The position numbers and the translations under genes were made by a program. Shown here piece by piece: positions 63,102 through 64,000 of a DNA stretch of 64,000 nucleotides (within the stretch, counting starts at the first letter, position 1; every line of letters starts with the position of its first letter). The DNA is from Dehalococcoidia bacterium. Its GTDB lineage: Bacteria > Chloroflexota > Dehalococcoidia > Lucifugimonadales > JAGWBF01. The notes beneath the pieces were generated by a model. The model was not told the DNA's origin. It saw only the letters and a list, made by a program, of their open reading frames with translations, and made no database searches. The DNA lies in contig CBDFKU010000015.1 of assembly GCA_965248975.1 (NCBI GenBank), positions 16,916 to 80,915 on the forward strand, read 5' to 3'.

Positions 63102-64000
63102 CTAGGTAGTAAGCATTCGGTAGAGCATCGGCAGGCGCTGTGGTAGGGACCAGATGTTGTCCAGCACTTCGTAGCTCATGTCGCCGCACATCGCCTTGAG
63201 GTAGTCGTGGCCCGCCTTGTCCACGGTGAGACAGAAGGGGACGATGGACTTTCGCTTGGCCTCCACCAGCGCCATGTGGGTGTCGTGTACGGCGTATTCC
63301 TTCTCCACGCCCTCCCGGCTGTAGCCCCGGTCTTGAGGCCTCCCGTCGCTAATGAGGAACAGGATCTTGGTCTTGGAGTCCTGGGTATCGAGCTTGGAGG
63401 TGGCGTGGCGAATGGCCGGACCCATGCGGGTGGCGTGCATAGGTGTAATCTTGTCTATGCGCCGCTTCACCTTGTCATGGAAGGGCTCGTTTATGTCCTT
63501 GATTACATAGAACTCTACGTTCTCCCTGCCGTAGCCAGAAAAGCCGTAGATGCCATAGGCATCACCGATGGTCTCAAGGGCCTGTATAAGGAGGGCGCTG
63601 CTCTCCTTTTCCAGGTCTATGATCCGTTTATAGTGGCGCCGCACCAGGCCCTCTCTGCGGGTCCGAAGCCACATCATGTACTCCACCGGGTCGTCGGGGG
63701 CGTCCCGGTCGTCGATGGCCGGGCGACCCTCCTCGATGGCCTCGGCGGTCGACGCGCTCATGTCCAGGAGGAACACGACGCCGACGTCCCGCTCGATCTT
63801 GTTCCTCCGCCACCAGATCTTCTCTGAGGGGGTGATGCCGATCTCCCAGTCTACTTTGGCTTCGATGACAGCGTCAATGTCCAGGTCCTCTCCATCGATT
63901 ACCTTCCGCACTTTGCGGAAGCTCTCAGGAACAACCAACTCGAACTGACGCCTGACGTCGGCCGAAAGAGCAGCGTAGTTGCGCAGGGTATCGTTGAAGA
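63102..64000 (-). CDS. NorD/CbbO-like von Willebrand factor A domain protein, 3' part (5' end beyond window)
   Basis: The frame stays open to the window edge (…FNDTLRNYAALSADVRRQFELVVPESF…). MIDAS-like VVFLLDMSASTAE and ILFLISDGRPQD, with a C-terminal CLTVD motif. Confidence 0.75.
   Translation of the reverse strand, partial: FNDTLRNYAALSADVRRQFELVVPESFRKVRKVIDGEDLDIDAVIEAKVDWEIGITPSEKIWWRRNKIERDVGVVFLLDMSASTAEAIEEGRPAIDDRDAPDDPVEYMMWLRTRREGLVRRHYKRIIDLEKESSALLIQALETIGDAYGIYGFSGYGRENVEFYVIKDINEPFHDKVKRRIDKITPMHATRMGPAIRHATSKLDTQDSKTKILFLISDGRPQDRGYSREGVEKEYAVHDTHMALVEAKRKSIVPFCLTVDKAGHDYLKAMCGDMSYEVLDNIWSLPQRLPMLYRMLTT

Noticed and set aside
1-64000. Search for CRISPR arrays, rRNA, transposases, integrases, and prophage or conjugation genes
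   Set aside because: None seen. There are no regularly spaced direct repeats. The only repeats are the inverted 190-bp pair, the 51-bp and 13-bp junction duplications, the 9-bp leader repeats and the tandem paralog genes.

Overview
This is a GC-rich, gene-dense bacterial chromosomal segment with about 70 protein genes and one tRNA. I found no rRNA, CRISPR array, transposase, integrase or phage genes. In order, the window contains: the 3' end of a LuxR-type regulator; a methyltransferase-like gene; two DinB paralogs; an aldo/keto reductase; an amidase with a small GatC/AtzG-like partner; a sulfite-oxidase-family molybdoenzyme; a three-gene cluster of PAS histidine kinase, CheY-like receiver and REC-PAS-DHp protein; galU; a HesB/IscA-like protein with a Cys-Gly tail; four MFS transporters, two of them tandem paralogs; a double-domain ThyX; a complete lpd-E1alpha-E1beta-E2 2-oxoacid dehydrogenase operon; tatA and tatB-tatC; an RlmD-like m5U RNA methyltransferase fused to Maf; trxA followed by tRNA-Sec (selC). 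Next comes an accessory-looking catabolic block: amidohydrolases, NudC, a CaiB-type CoA-transferase, a D-aminoacylase, a BBE-type FAD oxidase, an epoxide hydrolase, and lutABC interrupted by a methyltransferase. After that: an MNT-HEPN pair plus an orphan HicB; glycerate kinase; two tandem M20 hydrolases; a speH-speB-S2P/CBS-nifS-lipoprotein gene string; a GldA/F/G-type ABC module with DUF4340; cinA; a DUF2157 plus GDYXXLXY membrane pair; a small protein plus an ABC-2 exporter; and the 3' part of a NorD/CbbO-type VWA protein that runs off the window. The repertoire (many MFS, amidohydrolase, CoA-transferase and FAD-oxidase paralogs, DinB paralogs, ThyX) is reminiscent of Chloroflexota, but that is inference only. 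I did not find a clear-cut, self-contained novel system. The most unusual observations are: (1) a continuous RlmD-like methyltransferase-Maf fusion ORF; (2) a ~190-bp two-hairpin repeat present as an inverted pair bracketing 28 kb; (3) an ATPase-less REC-PAS-DHp protein in a kinase/receiver operon; (4) a HesB-like protein with a 6-Cys Gly/Cys tail; (5) selC next to a thioredoxin with a CMPC active site; (6) a terminator-bearing leader or sRNA candidate upstream of the tandem MFS genes; (7) short duplications at two gene junctions; (8) two single-nucleotide frameshifts within 2 kb; (9) an apparent CTG-initiated lutC. All functional calls rest on motif recognition by eye. No database search was run.
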